Part shown: one piece after another, positions 49,100 through 59,802 of the stretch
Layout: every line of letters begins with the position of its first letter
How positions within the stretch are numbered: position 1 is the stretch's first letter
Source of the DNA: Candidatus Komeilibacteria bacterium CG11_big_fil_rev_8_21_14_0_20_36_20
GTDB taxonomy: Bacteria > Patescibacteriota > Patescibacteriia > UBA1558 > GWA2-36-10
Reading direction: 5' to 3'
Assembly: GCA_002787405.1 (NCBI GenBank)
Contig: PCWQ01000009.1
Span: 132-64,131 of the forward strand
DNA: 64,000 bases
Position numbers and translations under genes: made by a program
The notes under the pieces: generated by a model
What the model saw: only the letters and a program-made list of their open reading frames with translations
The model's database searches: none
What the model was told of the DNA's origin: nothing

Positions 49100-51619
49100 A
49101 TGAAGAAAAAGATAAGTAAAAAAATTATCAAAAAATCAGCTAGACCAACATCAGTCGTTCAGGACGACTTAAAACATAATAATCAAGGCAAAGTAGAACC
49201 GCTCTCTATTGTGGAGGAGATGCGTAATTCTTATATTGATTATGCTATGAGTGTTATTGTTGCTCGAGCTCTACCAGATGTTCGTGATGGCTTAAAGCCG
49301 GTTCATCGTCGTATTTTATATGCTATGTGGAGTTTGGGTTTAAAGCATAGTTCTAAATTTAGGAAATCAGCTACTGTTGTTGGTGAAGTTTTAGGTAAAT
49401 ATCATCCACACGGTGACGTAGCAGTTTATGATTCTATGGTTAGAATGGCCCAGGATTTTGCCATGCGTTATCCTTTGGTCAATGGTCAAGGTAATTTTGG
49501 CTCTATGGACGGCGATAATGCTGCCGCTATGCGTTACACGGAAGCTAAATTGGAAGATTTAGCCGAGGAATTAATGCTAGATATTGAAAAAAACACCGTT
49601 GATTTTATTCCTAATTACGATGGTTCACATAAGGAGCCAAAAGTAATGCCAGCTAAGTTGCCTAATCTATTACTTAACGGCGCTACTGGCATTGCCGTAG
49701 GCATGGCCACTAATATTCCTCCTCATAATTTGGGCGAATTAATTGAAGCTATTACTTTTTTGATTGATAGTCCTAATAGTACGGTCGATGAATTGATGGA
49801 GTATGTTCATGGTCCTGATTTTCCTACAGGCGGAGTTATTTATAACATAGAGGATATTCGGGCGGCCTATGCTACTGGTCGGGGCGGAATTGTAATGAGA
49901 GGTGAGGCAGAGATTGTAGAAAATAAGGCGGACCAGTTTCAAATTATTGTTAGTTCAGTTCCTTACCAGGTAAATAAAGCTACTTTATTGGAAAGAATTG
50001 CCACTTTAGTTAAAGACAAGAAGATTGATGGTATTAGAGATTTAAGAGATGAATCAAATAAAGATGGTGTCAGAATTGTTATTGAGTTAAAAAAGGAAGC
50101 TTACCCCAAAAAGATTTTAAATAATCTTTACAAGCATACCCAATTGCAAGAGAAGTTTCATGTTAATATGTTGGCTCTGTTGGATGGTCTACAGCCGCGG
50201 GTATTAAATCTAAAGAATATTTTAGAAGAATATATTAAACATCGTCAGGAAGTAGTGGTTCGCCGTACTCAATTTGATTTAGACAAAGCTAAAGATCGAG
50301 CCCATATTTTAGAAGGACTTAAAAAAGCTCTGGATAAAATTGATGCCGTCATTAAAATTATTAAAGCTTCTAAAGATAAAGAAGTGGCCAAAGTCAACTT
50401 AATAAAGAAGTTTAAATTGACGGAAAGACAGGCCGTTGCTATTTTAGAGATGAAGCTACAGAGCTTAGCTAATTTGGAAAGATTGAAGATAGAAAATGAA
50501 CTCAAGGAAAAATTAAAATTAATTAATAGTTTGTCAGCTATTCTAAAAAGCAAGACTAAAGTTTTACAGATTATCAAAGATGAATTAACCAACTTGAAAA
50601 ATAAATTTGCCGATGAAAGAAGAACCAAAGTTGTTAAGTCGGCCGTTGATCAGATGACTGTTAAGGATTTAATTCCTAATGAAGCGGCAGTTATTACCAT
50701 TACCCATGACGGCTATATTAAGAGATTGTCTCCGGAAAATTTCCGTACCCAAACGCGAGGAGGCAAGGGTGTGATGGGGTTGACCACCAAAGAACAGGAC
50801 GAAGTAGAGTTATTTTTTACCACTAATACTCATGCTGATTTGATGTTTTTTACCACTCGAGGTAGAGTCTTTCAGTTAAAGGCCTACGAAGTGCCACAGT
50901 TGTCGCGTACAGCCAAGGGACAGAATATTGTTAACTTTCTTCAGTTATCGCCGGAAGAAAAAGTTTCTTCAGTTTTACAGAGTGAGGATTTTAACAGTTT
51001 TAAGTATTTGGTGATGGTGACAGAGAAAGGCTTGATTAAAAGGGTAGAAGTTAATAATCTTACTAAAGTAAGACGGTCTGGTTTAATTGCTATTAAATTA
51101 AAACAGAGTGATGTCTTGGGATGGGTTAAATTATCAAGCGGTCAGGATGATATTATGTTAGTAACCAGTAAAGGACAATCAATTCGCTTTAAAGAAAAGA
51201 ATGTGCGGATCATGGGTCGCGGTGCGGCTGGAGTCAGAGGTATTAGGTTGAAGAAAGATGACGAGGTTATTGGAGTGGATATTATTGCTGAAGGCAAACC
51301 AGGTAAAGATGAGCAATTACTAGTGGTCACTACTAATGGTTTTGGCAAGCGCACTAATTTAGCGGCTTATAAAGTGCAGGGTCGGGGTGGTTCAGGTATT
51401 AAAACCGCTCAAATTACTCCCAAGACCGGCAATATGGCGGCAGCAATGATTGTTAGTCGCAAGATAGAGACTGAAGATCTGATTATTATTTCTAAAAAAG
51501 GACAGGTCATTCGCTTAACTATTAAATCCATTAGTATTTTAGGACGGGCTACTCAGGGGGTGCGTTTGATGAGGTTTAAAGATTCTGATGATAAAGTTTC
51601 TTCGGTAACTTTTATCTAA
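49100..51619 (+). CDS. gyrA: DNA gyrase subunit A
   Basis: [29 protein letters not shown], GyrA-box QTRGGKG. Confidence 0.98.
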   Translation: MKKKISKKIIKKSARPTSVVQDDLKHNNQGKVEPLSIVEEMRNSYIDYAMSVIVARALPDVRDGLKPVHRRILYAMWSLGLKHSSKFRKSATVVGEVLGKYHPHGDVAVYDSMVRMAQDFAMRYPLVNGQGNFGSMDGDNAAAMRYTEAKLEDLAEELMLDIEKNTVDFIPNYDGSHKEPKVMPAKLPNLLLNGATGIAVGMATNIPPHNLGELIEAITFLIDSPNSTVDELMEYVHGPDFPTGGVIYNIEDIRAAYATGRGGIVMRGEAEIVENKADQFQIIVSSVPYQVNKATLLERIATLVKDKKIDGIRDLRDESNKDGVRIVIELKKEAYPKKILNNLYKHTQLQEKFHVNMLALLDGLQPRVLNLKNILEEYIKHRQEVVVRRTQFDLDKAKDRAHILEGLKKALDKIDAVIKIIKASKDKEVAKVNLIKKFKLTERQAVAILEMKLQSLANLERLKIENELKEKLKLINSLSAILKSKTKVLQIIKDELTNLKNKFADERRTKVVKSAVDQMTVKDLIPNEAAVITITHDGYIKRLSPENFRTQTRGGKGVMGLTTKEQDEVELFFTTNTHADLMFFTTRGRVFQLKAYEVPQLSRTAKGQNIVNFLQLSPEEKVSSVLQSEDFNSFKYLVMVTEKGLIKRVEVNNLTKVRRSGLIAIKLKQSDVLGWVKLSSGQDDIMLVTSKGQSIRFKEKNVRIMGRGAAGVRGIRLKKDDEVIGVDIIAEGKPGKDEQLLVVTTNGFGKRTNLAAYKVQGRGGSGIKTAQITPKTGNMAAAMIVSRKIETEDLIIISKKGQVIRLTIKSISILGRATQGVRLMRFKDSDDKVSSVTFI

Positions 51620-51712
51620 ATTTAATATAAAACTCCCCGCCTGGCGGGGAGTTTTGTCAACTTGTAAATCATAGCTATAAGTGTTAATCTTTAAAATAAT
51701 TAAAGTTTATCT

Positions 51713-52726
51713 ATGGAAGAAAGAGTGATATCGCCAGCCGAACAAAACAATGATCAAGATTTTGATTTAAATCTACGGCCCCAGAATTTTCAGGATTATG
51801 TAGGTCAAAAACAGGTTAAGGATAATTTGGATATTGTTTTAAGAGCAGCCAAAAATCGTCAGGAGTCCCTAGACCATGTTTTGTTGTTCGGTCCGCCGGG
51901 TTTGGGTAAAACCACCTTAGCTCATATCATTGCTAAGGAAATGGGAGTGAGCATGAAAGTTACTTCCGGACCGGCTATTTCCAAAGCCGGTGATTTGGCG
52001 GCTATTATCACCAACCTGCAGGATGGCGATATTTTATTTATTGATGAGATACATCGCTTAAATAAAATAGTGGAGGAGATTTTATATCCGGCCATGGAAG
52101 ACTTTGCTCTGGATATTATTTTAGGCAAGGGTCCTTCAGCCCAAATTCTTCGATTAGATTTACCTAAGTTTACGATTATTGGAGCGACTACTCGTTATAA
52201 TTTAATTTCTTCACCCTTACGTGATCGTTTTGGCATTACTTCCCGCTTAGATTTTTATCAGCCCGAGGAATTAGCGGATATTATCAAAAGATCTGCGCGA
52301 ATTCTCAAAGTCAATATTGATGATCAGGCCCGGATAGAAATTGCCGGACGCAGCCGAGCCACTCCTCGTATTGCTAATCGTATTTTAAAAAGAGTGAGAG
52401 ATTATGCTCAGGTTAAAGGTGATGGTAATGCTTCTTTGGAGCTGACTAAGCAGGCCCTTGATTTGATGCAAATAGACCAACATGGGCTTGATGAGCTTGA
52501 TCGCAAATTATTGAAAGTCCTGATTGAGAATTTTTCCGGCGGTCCGGTCGGTCTGAATACTTTGGCCGCAGCTGTGCAGGAAGAAGCTGGCACCATTGAA
52601 GAAATTTTCGAGCCTTATTTGATGCAGCTAGGTTTTTTATCGCGTACAGCCAAAGGACGAGTAGCCACTAAAAAAACTTATGAGTATTTAAGAGCTGATT
52701 TGCCTGAGAATAATCAGTTGTTTTAA
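51713..52726 (+). CDS. ruvB: Holliday junction branch migration helicase RuvB
   Basis: [29 protein letters not shown]. Confidence 0.98.
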   Translation: MEERVISPAEQNNDQDFDLNLRPQNFQDYVGQKQVKDNLDIVLRAAKNRQESLDHVLLFGPPGLGKTTLAHIIAKEMGVSMKVTSGPAISKAGDLAAIITNLQDGDILFIDEIHRLNKIVEEILYPAMEDFALDIILGKGPSAQILRLDLPKFTIIGATTRYNLISSPLRDRFGITSRLDFYQPEELADIIKRSARILKVNIDDQARIEIAGRSRATPRIANRILKRVRDYAQVKGDGNASLELTKQALDLMQIDQHGLDELDRKLLKVLIENFSGGPVGLNTLAAAVQEEAGTIEEIFEPYLMQLGFLSRTAKGRVATKKTYEYLRADLPENNQLF

Positions 52727-52761
52727 TTTAAAAATCCTCGCTAGGGCGAGGATTTGAGGTT

Positions 52762-52968
52762 TTATTCTATATCAGGTAGTGAAAAAAGGATTATCATACC
52801 AATAGCCAAGCACAAGAGGCAGGCAATTTTGACTACCGGCCAAGGCCAAGTTATTCCCTTCCAAAGAAGTCGGAAGACTTCGTATTTAAATCTATCATAG
52901 ATGTGATATTTTAAAATCACTAAGGCCACACCTATTAGATAGATTAAGACCATAATTTCCCAAGACAC
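52762..52968 (-). CDS. small hypothetical membrane protein
   Basis: SD AAGGAGGT + GTG, 2 TM segments, shares terminator at ~52731-52755. Confidence 0.6.
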   Translation of the reverse strand: MSWEIMVLIYLIGVALVILKYHIYDRFKYEVFRLLWKGITWPWPVVKIACLLCLAIGMIILFSLPDIE

Positions 52969-53159
52969 TTATACCTCCTTATAAACAACTATAAATCTTT
53001 GTTATCTTTACAGTTATTAGTTTATTTGTCAATAATAAGATATAAATTACCGCATAATTAATAAAATATTATGTGGTTTTTAATAATTTGCATAGTAGTA
53101 TATATTATGCTAGAGTCGATTAACTTTGTTCTTTACCAATTTTTAATATAGGAGGAAGC

Positions 53160-54110
53160 TTGTTAAACTTTAAAGTAAAGTATTTGCGTGCGGCTTATTT
53201 TCTGACAAAAAATTATCTGAAAAATTATCCTTCTTTTGCTGCCTTGGAGCTGATGGGCACATGTAACAATAATTGTCCTTATTGTAGTTTTGCCGGATTA
53301 TCCAATGGTCAAAAAGACTTAGCAGACGATGATTGGTATCACATCGTTGATGAGTTTATTAAGAGAGGTGTAATATCCTTTTCTTTTATAGGTAGGGAAC
53401 CATTTTTGCGGAAAGATTTGTTGTTTAAACTAATTCATCGGGTTCGCAATAAAGCCATCACAGGCGTGGTCACTAATGGTATTTTGGTGACCAGCGAAGA
53501 TATTATTCAGATGAAAGAGTTGGGGCTAGATTATTTTCAATTATCTGTCCATTCTTTAAAAGATCTTCAACGAAATTTAGATCTAACCATTGAGGCCAGG
53601 AAAATTGGATTAGTTGCTTCATTATCAATGGTGGTGTATTCCAAAAATATGAACTTATGGCGAAAGCTTATTAAGGCATGTCAAGATAATGAAATTATAT
53701 TTAATTTTTGTCTTTGTCAGCAGTTGAAGAACAGTCAAACGACCTCATATCTGATTAAAGATATTATCTCACCATCAGACCTTAATGAAGTATTAACCCA
53801 CGCCAATGAATTATTTAGAACAAATCCGGGGTTGATAAGAAACTCTCGCAAATATATTAATTCCTTAAAGAATTCATTATGGCATTGTGATCCTGAAATA
53901 TTTGCCCGTCTTCATATTAATTACAGAGGCGAGTTTAATGCTTGCACGGCCTTTAACACAGGCGTTTTATTTGAAGATTGGGTGAAATATCAAGTCGAGG
54001 CAATAAAAGTTCGGCGTTCATGTCAAGGGTGTAATTACGCCTGTGAAATGGATTTTGCATCTTTATCCAATGTTGTTAGAGACATCTTTAGGGTATCAAT
54101 TAGACAGTAA
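53160..54110 (+). CDS. radical SAM protein with C-terminal Cys cluster
   Basis: CNNNCPYC, GREP, VTNG, CQGCNYAC; SD AGGAGG + TTG start. Confidence 0.85.
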   Translation: MLNFKVKYLRAAYFLTKNYLKNYPSFAALELMGTCNNNCPYCSFAGLSNGQKDLADDDWYHIVDEFIKRGVISFSFIGREPFLRKDLLFKLIHRVRNKAITGVVTNGILVTSEDIIQMKELGLDYFQLSVHSLKDLQRNLDLTIEARKIGLVASLSMVVYSKNMNLWRKLIKACQDNEIIFNFCLCQQLKNSQTTSYLIKDIISPSDLNEVLTHANELFRTNPGLIRNSRKYINSLKNSLWHCDPEIFARLHINYRGEFNACTAFNTGVLFEDWVKYQVEAIKVRRSCQGCNYACEMDFASLSNVVRDIFRVSIRQ

Positions 54111-54171
54111 TCGGCAGTCCGTTGGAAAATACTGTCGATTTTTGTTATTATAAGATTGTTATAATATAACT

Positions 54172-54711
54172 ATGAAACCCAAGCTTTTACTACATACTTG
54201 TTGCGCCACTTGTGCTATTTATGTGATTGAACAGCTAGTTCAAAAATTTGAAGTAACTGTTTATTTTTATGGTCCTAATATTCATCCTCGTCAGGAATAT
54301 AATCAGCGGCGTGAGGAGATAAAGAAGTATACTAAAAAAATCGGCTTGAATTTTCAAGAAGGAGAATATGACACAGCTTTATGGTTTAAAAAGACTAAAG
54401 GACTAGAGCAGGAGCCAGAAAAAGGCAGACGTTGCAGCGTTTGTTTTGGGTTGCGTTTGAGCTCAACCGCTCAAAAAGCTCAAGCAGAAGGTTATGATGC
54501 TTTTGCCTCCACTTTGTCCATCAGTCCTCATAAAGACAATAAGATGATTAGCTTAATAGGTTCTCATCTGGCTGAAGTTTTTAGATTGACTTTTTTGGAC
54601 AAAGATTGGAAAAAGCAGGACGGTTTTAAAATAGCCAATCAGTTAAGTCAGGAGGAAAATTTTTACCGCCAAAATTACTGCGGCTGCGTTTATTCCAAGA
54701 GAAATAAGTAA
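54172..54711 (+). CDS. queH: epoxyqueuosine reductase QueH
   Basis: LLLHTCCA, NIHP..EY..R, GRRCSVC, SISPHK, YRQNYCGC. Confidence 0.92.
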   Translation: MKPKLLLHTCCATCAIYVIEQLVQKFEVTVYFYGPNIHPRQEYNQRREEIKKYTKKIGLNFQEGEYDTALWFKKTKGLEQEPEKGRRCSVCFGLRLSSTAQKAQAEGYDAFASTLSISPHKDNKMISLIGSHLAEVFRLTFLDKDWKKQDGFKIANQLSQEENFYRQNYCGCVYSKRNK

Positions 54712-54721
54712 TAATCATAAC

Positions 54722-54803
54722 GTCATTGCGAGCCCCCGCGTTGCGGGGGGCGAAGCAATCTCAATAAGATTGCCATGTCGCCCTTCGGGCTCCTCGCAAT
54801 GAC
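54722..54803. repeat. RPE/REP-like palindromic element
   Basis: GTCATTGCGAG...GAAGCAATC...GATTGCC...CTCGCAATGAC; same family as the outer arms of 6147-6344. Confidence 0.8.
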
Positions 54804-54814
54804 CTTGCAAAATC

Positions 54815-55879
54815 ATGAATATAAATTTATTTGATTACAATCTGCCGAAAAATTTGATTGCCCAAAAGCAAATCAAACCGCGCGACCATTCGCGGCTTTT
54901 GGTTTTGGAGAGGCAAAGCCAAAAAATTAAGCACCAGCATTTTTATGATCTGCCTGATATTTTAAATGAAAATGATATTCTGGTTTTAAATGAAACTAAA
55001 GTTTTTCCGGCGCGTCTTTTGGGTCAAAAGAAAACCGGTGGCCGCGTAGAGGTTTTTTTGATTAGAAAAGTCAAAGCAAATATCTGGCAAGCGATGATCG
55101 GCGGTCGCAATCTAAAATCAGGCGACCAGATTTATTTTAAACATGATTTTCAGGTTAAATTAGTCAAAAAAGTGGAGAGTAAAGTTTGGCAAATTGAGTT
55201 TAATAAATCTGGCCAAGAGTCAGAACGCTTAATTGAAAAAATTGGTCAGACGCCTTTACCGCCATATATTAAAACTCAAGACAGTCAGCAAATCAGGAAA
55301 GATTACCAGACAATTTTTGCCAAAAATCAGGGTTCGATTGCTGCTCCTACAGCCGGCTTGCATTTTACTAAAAGAATACTGCAAAAATTAAAAGCCAAAA
55401 ATATTCAAGTTTATAAAATTACTCTTCATGTTGGGTTAGGCACCTTTGCGCCGGTGGATGTAGAAGATATCACTAAATATCAAATTCACTCAGAGTTGGT
55501 CAGTATTGATAGTCAGACAGCTAGAGAATTAAATCAGCTAAAAAAGCAAAACCTCTCGACTTCGCTCGAGGCAAGTAAAAAAATTATTGCTGTAGGCACG
55601 ACTACTGCCAGAGCCCTAGAAGCTTTTACTGACAAAAAGGGGAAATTGCATTCAGGAAACAAATGGGTAGATCTTTATATTTATCCTGGATATAAATATA
55701 GATTTGTTGATGATTTGATTACTAATTTTCATTTGCCTAAAAGTTCACTTCTATTTATGGTCGCTGCCTTAGCTGGCCGAGAAAATATTTTAAAAGCTTA
55801 TCAAAAAGCGATTAAATTAAAATATAGATTTTATTCTTTTGGCGATGCCATGCTGATCACGGGGTGTAGGGATATTTGA
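54815..55879 (+). CDS. queA: S-adenosylmethionine:tRNA ribosyltransferase-isomerase QueA
   Basis: FDYNLP..LIAQ, PLPPYI, AAPTAGLHF, AVGTT, TNFHLPKS, YRFYSFGDAM. Confidence 0.97.
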   Translation: MNINLFDYNLPKNLIAQKQIKPRDHSRLLVLERQSQKIKHQHFYDLPDILNENDILVLNETKVFPARLLGQKKTGGRVEVFLIRKVKANIWQAMIGGRNLKSGDQIYFKHDFQVKLVKKVESKVWQIEFNKSGQESERLIEKIGQTPLPPYIKTQDSQQIRKDYQTIFAKNQGSIAAPTAGLHFTKRILQKLKAKNIQVYKITLHVGLGTFAPVDVEDITKYQIHSELVSIDSQTARELNQLKKQNLSTSLEASKKIIAVGTTTARALEAFTDKKGKLHSGNKWVDLYIYPGYKYRFVDDLITNFHLPKSSLLFMVAALAGRENILKAYQKAIKLKYRFYSFGDAMLITGCRDI

Positions 55880-55953
55880 CTGCTTGCCTGTCTTGTGTTT
55901 ATATTTAGATATAAATCTTGAATTAGCTCTTTTGATTTGGAGGGTCATCAACG

Positions 55954-56223
55954 ATGAAAACAGTCAGTGATTTAACTTTCAAACACCCCGAAATTCAGTC
56001 AGGAGAAATTTTTTATTGCAATATGGACGAAGGAAATTTCCGTAAACTTAATTGGCAGACCAAGCGGTGGGGAAACAGAGCATATACTTATGAAGGCAAT
56101 TCTATCTCCAGCTCTTCAAGGCCGGTTTTTATCAAAAAATCCGAGTGTGATAAAAGAAAAGTTACGCCACACGATGACTACAATATATTTGATAGTTTAG
56201 GGTATAATCCAACCATCAAATAA
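55954..56223 (+). CDS. hypothetical protein
   Basis: 89 aa, SD GGAGG, own promoter, terminator at ~56245-56269. Confidence 0.65.
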   Translation: MKTVSDLTFKHPEIQSGEIFYCNMDEGNFRKLNWQTKRWGNRAYTYEGNSISSSSRPVFIKKSECDKRKVTPHDDYNIFDSLGYNPTIK

Positions 56224-56284
56224 TTCTGAAAAATATTTACTTTAAAAACCTGCTCATCGGGCAGGTTTTAAAAATTTTTCCAAA

Positions 56285-56470
56285 AGAAAAACTCCACCTG
56301 CCCCAAGTAGGTGGAGTTTATAAAACTTCCGTGTACATTAATTGTACATTTTTTATTTTAAGCTTTTTGTTTCAACAACTATTTTATTTATGATTTTAAG
56401 CATTATACTATAGATAATGCGTTTTAGTTGTTTGAACAACGGCTTAAAATTTCTTTCAATGAACTATTAC
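56285..56470 (-). ncRNA. candidate structured non-coding RNA
   Basis: Promoter TTTACA-17-TATACT (56477-56505), three nested inverted repeats, terminator AAACTCCACCT...AGGTGGAGTTT; no ORF of 60 aa or more. Confidence 0.5.
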
Positions 56471-56577
56471 TATTGTAGTATAGCACGCTTGACGGATTTT
56501 GTAAAGAGAGACTTATATTTTACCCTTTAAAAGCAAAGTACATTTTATAAATTTGCTCATAAAATTGGTTCTCCTGG

Positions 56578-57174
56578 TTAAAAAAAACTAATCCAGTAGC
56601 GCAACCAGACATCGCAGTTTTGAACAATGGATTGGAAGCCAAAAACTATTGGTACTCTTCTGCCTTGAGAGAGATGGCAGACTAATGGTCTAATAGTGCT
56701 GTTCCAAATAAAGGCGGCTATAGGTTCGAGATAAGATATAATCGAGGATAAAGAAGAAATTTTATGACTGGTCAGCGAAAAGATATTGTCATTTTGGGGT
56801 ATGGCCAATAACCAACTAAGGCCGTGAAAAATCCAATAGTTAAGATAGCAAACTACTGGTGTTATGACCAAAGCATTAATATAAATGATTATTCTATGGT
56901 CAATGTTCAGTATTTTTGCTGACTTAATTAGATCTTCTTTAGCCATTGGTCCGATCATCAAGCCGATCAGGAAGTAATCACATCCCTTCTGGACAGTCAG
57001 AAGGAGCGTGTTAGTGAAATAACCAAAATTTATCAGTATATAATCGGTAAAGTTTGCATGGACAGCGATTATTTTTTCTCTTAAGTTAAGATAATAAGAG
57101 ATAATCTTTTTATTAATAAAGCCCATGTTATCATTTAATAAAACTCTCCTGAGGAGAGCATGGTCTGTCTGCAT
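56578..57174 (-). CDS. hypothetical membrane protein
   Basis: SD AAGGAG, hydrophobic segments; probably co-transcribed with the upstream ORF. Confidence 0.6.
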   Translation of the reverse strand: MQTDHALLRRVLLNDNMGFINKKIISYYLNLREKIIAVHANFTDYILINFGYFTNTLLLTVQKGCDYFLIGLMIGPMAKEDLIKSAKILNIDHRIIIYINALVITPVVCYLNYWIFHGLSWLLAIPQNDNIFSLTSHKISSLSSIISYLEPIAAFIWNSTIRPLVCHLSQGRRVPIVFGFQSIVQNCDVWLRYWISFF

Positions 57175-57197
57175 TTACTCTCCTTGTGTTGGGTAGT

Positions 57198-57608
57198 TTA
57201 TTTAAATAATCTATCAAATGTCTGGCTTAATCGCCGAAATGCTTGATAGCGCCACAATTTATTGTTGATCAGGTAAAGAGGTGTCTGAACATGAAAGCTA
57301 TGTTGGACTAGATCATCAAAAATAACGACAGCACCAACGATTTTTAGAGGTTTGGATTTGAAATAATAACCAAATCCTAAAATAGCTGCTCCCCAATAGA
57401 GGTGATGATTTTCTTGCCAGTGGAATGAATGTAGAGGTGAAGCATCTCTTTGATTAATATTTAATTTTGTCCAAGGGCTGATAGTTTCGATGTTAGAAAA
57501 TGAATGAAATGATATAGTTAGACCTAAATACATTTCATTATTAGCCCAGCTTGTATAAGAGCCGGCAACTAAAATGGCCAATAGCCACCAGAAGATTCTT
57601 TTCTTCAT
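57198..57608 (-). CDS. hypothetical secreted/membrane protein
   Basis: Signal peptide, HHLYWGA...DDLVQH motif. Confidence 0.65.
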   Translation of the reverse strand: MKKRIFWWLLAILVAGSYTSWANNEMYLGLTISFHSFSNIETISPWTKLNINQRDASPLHSFHWQENHHLYWGAAILGFGYYFKSKPLKIVGAVVIFDDLVQHSFHVQTPLYLINNKLWRYQAFRRLSQTFDRLFK

Positions 57609-57680
57609 TTTGTCCCCCAATTTTTAAGGTACTTTTAATATGTTAGAATAACTTAACTGTTTTTTAAAACATAGTCAATC

Positions 57681-58742
57681 TTAGTTAAAATGGAAGTGGA
57701 CAGTATCTCCATCCTGTATTATATACTCCTTACCTTCCATTCGGATTAGTCCTTTTTCTTTGGCCTGATTCCAGTTCTTGGCCTCCAGCAGTTTTTGCCA
57801 ATTAATCACTTCCGCCCGAATGAATCCTTTTTCAAAATCAGTGTGAATCACGCCGGCGGCTTGTGGAGCTTTGGTACCGTTGATCACAGTCCAGGCCTTC
57901 GTTTCTTCTGGGCCGGTAGTAATAAAGGTAATTAAATTTAACAGTTGATAACTGGCGGTGATTAGATTATCCAAGCCGCTTTTCTTAATGCCTAATTCCT
58001 GTAGGTATTTTTGCGCTTCCTCGATAGATAATTCAGCTATTTCGGCTTCTAATTTAGCGCAGATGGCTAGACTATTTTCTGGAAAATTGAGCTTTTCCCC
58101 TATAGTATTTTCGGCGATATTATAAAGATAGATAATCGGTTTGATGGTTAGGAGATTAATTTTTTTTAAAATTTTATGTTCTTCAGCACTCCATTCTCGG
58201 CTGTTTAATAAGGCATTATTCTCTAAAATAGACTTAGCTTGATTAACTATGTCTTTTTCCCGCAGTAATATTTTGTCAGTGGAGCCCTTGAGTTGTTTGT
58301 TTAATTTTTCCAGATGTTTACTAATTGTTTCTGAATCAGCCAAGACTAATTCTAAATTAATCACTTGCTTGTCTTCTTCAGGATTTATTTGTCCGTGAAC
58401 ATGGACAACGTCTTTATTCTCAAAACTGCGAATTACCTGCACAATAGCATCAACCTCTCTGATGTGGGAAAGAAATTTATTTCCTAAACCCTCGCCTTCG
58501 GAGGCACCCTTAACTAATCCAGCAATATCGACAAACTCAATAGCTGTCGGAATAATTTTGGCCGATTTTGACATAATTGCTAATTTATCCAAACGGTTAT
58601 CCGGCACTGTTACTATCCCAACATTAGGGGCAATAGTGCAAAAAGGATAATTAGCGGCTTCTACCTTTTTTTTAGTTAGAGCTTGAAATAGAGTTGATTT
58701 GCCGACATTGGGCAGACCAACTATTCCCAGAGAAAATGACAT
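57681..58742 (-). CDS. ychF: redox-regulated ATPase YchF
   Basis: [38 protein letters not shown] tail [11 protein letters not shown]. Confidence 0.97.
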   Translation of the reverse strand: MSFSLGIVGLPNVGKSTLFQALTKKKVEAANYPFCTIAPNVGIVTVPDNRLDKLAIMSKSAKIIPTAIEFVDIAGLVKGASEGEGLGNKFLSHIREVDAIVQVIRSFENKDVVHVHGQINPEEDKQVINLELVLADSETISKHLEKLNKQLKGSTDKILLREKDIVNQAKSILENNALLNSREWSAEEHKILKKINLLTIKPIIYLYNIAENTIGEKLNFPENSLAICAKLEAEIAELSIEEAQKYLQELGIKKSGLDNLITASYQLLNLITFITTGPEETKAWTVINGTKAPQAAGVIHTDFEKGFIRAEVINWQKLLEAKNWNQAKEKGLIRMEGKEYIIQDGDTVHFHFN

Positions 58743-58766
58743 TTAGACTTTGTTAATTTAATATTA

Positions 58767-58795
58767 TTGACAAAAGTTTTATTGTGTGATATTCT
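58767..58795 (+). promoter_or_regulatory. sigma70 promoter facing antisense into the NYN gene 3' end
   Basis: TTGACA-17 nt-TATTCT with extended -10 TG. Confidence 0.65.
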
Positions 58796-58824
58796 ATTAA
58801 TAGAATCCACATGAAAAATACCTC

Positions 58825-59340
58825 TTAAGGTTCCGTCCTTGGGCGGTGTTTTTCTTTATACCCAAGTTTTTTTCTAAGATTAGCCATATATACTATTTTT
58901 TCCCGGGCTGATTTTTTCAATAAGATTGAGCATTTATCAACGCGAGGACTTAAGACCATTTTTAGCTTTTTATTTTTATAGAGATGTTTAATTAAACAAT
59001 AAAAATCTCCATCGCTGGTTACTATAATCGCCTGGTTATATTTTTTATAATCTATCATTGCTTGTAAAACTAAATCAGCATCAACATTGCCTTTGATGTC
59101 GCCATTCTCATTAGGCAATGTGGGCTTAAAAATTAAGACGTAGCCATCTTTTTGTAGTTTAGAATAAAGGTCTTGATTTTCAGGGATATAGCCGATAAAT
59201 AAGTAGGCGACAGAAACATTGTATTTATCTTTTAAATAAACTCTAAATCTTTTAGAATCTAATTTCCATCCTAAGCTTTGGATTCCTAGATTAAGATTTT
59301 GGCTATCTATAAAAGCAAAATTTTTGGCTAATTTTTTCAT
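58825..59340 (-). CDS. NYN (LabA/DUF88, PIN-fold) domain protein
   Basis: AFIDSQNL, KGNVDADLV, IVTSDGDF; likely start at 59340. Confidence 0.9.
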   Translation of the reverse strand: MKKLAKNFAFIDSQNLNLGIQSLGWKLDSKRFRVYLKDKYNVSVAYLFIGYIPENQDLYSKLQKDGYVLIFKPTLPNENGDIKGNVDADLVLQAMIDYKKYNQAIIVTSDGDFYCLIKHLYKNKKLKMVLSPRVDKCSILLKKSAREKIVYMANLRKKLGYKEKHRPRTEP

Positions 59341-59452
59341 ATTTAAATTAGAGATGATTAACAGCATTAAACCACAAAGTATCTTAAATAGCAAATTGGT
59401 TTATTGACAAATTTTTTATTCATTATATAGTTATAGTATAATCTAAAAAATT

Positions 59453-59704
59453 ATGGCCGAAAAATTAATAGGAAAAGTTATTCATTACTTTGATAAAATC
59501 GGCGTGGCCGTGGTTAAGATTGATAAAGGTAATTTGGCTGTCGGAGATACCATCCATATTTTGCGTGGCGAGCGGGATTTTCAGCAGCAGGTGGAATCTT
59601 TGCAGGTAGAGAAGGAACAGGTTAATAAGATCAAATCTGGTGAAGAAGCTGGTATGAAAGTTGATCAGCCAGTCAAGCCCGGCGACGCTATTTACAAAAT
59701 CTGA
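59453..59704 (+). CDS. small beta-barrel protein (translation-factor domain II / U32 C-terminal-like)
   Basis: IGKVIHYFDKIGVAVV, L.VGDTI, GMKV..PVKPGD. Confidence 0.75.
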   Translation: MAEKLIGKVIHYFDKIGVAVVKIDKGNLAVGDTIHILRGERDFQQQVESLQVEKEQVNKIKSGEEAGMKVDQPVKPGDAIYKI

Positions 59705-59802
59705 GATCTTCTAGCACAATTTATTATTTTTTTAAACCTTGAGAGTTTGCTTTATTTGAGTTAAGCTTTTTTTGTTTGTTTAATTTTAAAATAAAAAACC
59801 CC

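Noticed and set aside
53049..53078. ACCGCATAAT...ATTATGTGGT resembling a dif site
   Set aside because: The spacer is too long for the XerC/XerD 11-6-11 geometry. More likely an operator or hairpin between divergent promoters.
53160..54110. QueE assignment for the radical SAM gene
   Set aside because: It lacks the QueE N-terminal SIQGEG-type motif and is longer, with extra C-terminal Cys motifs.
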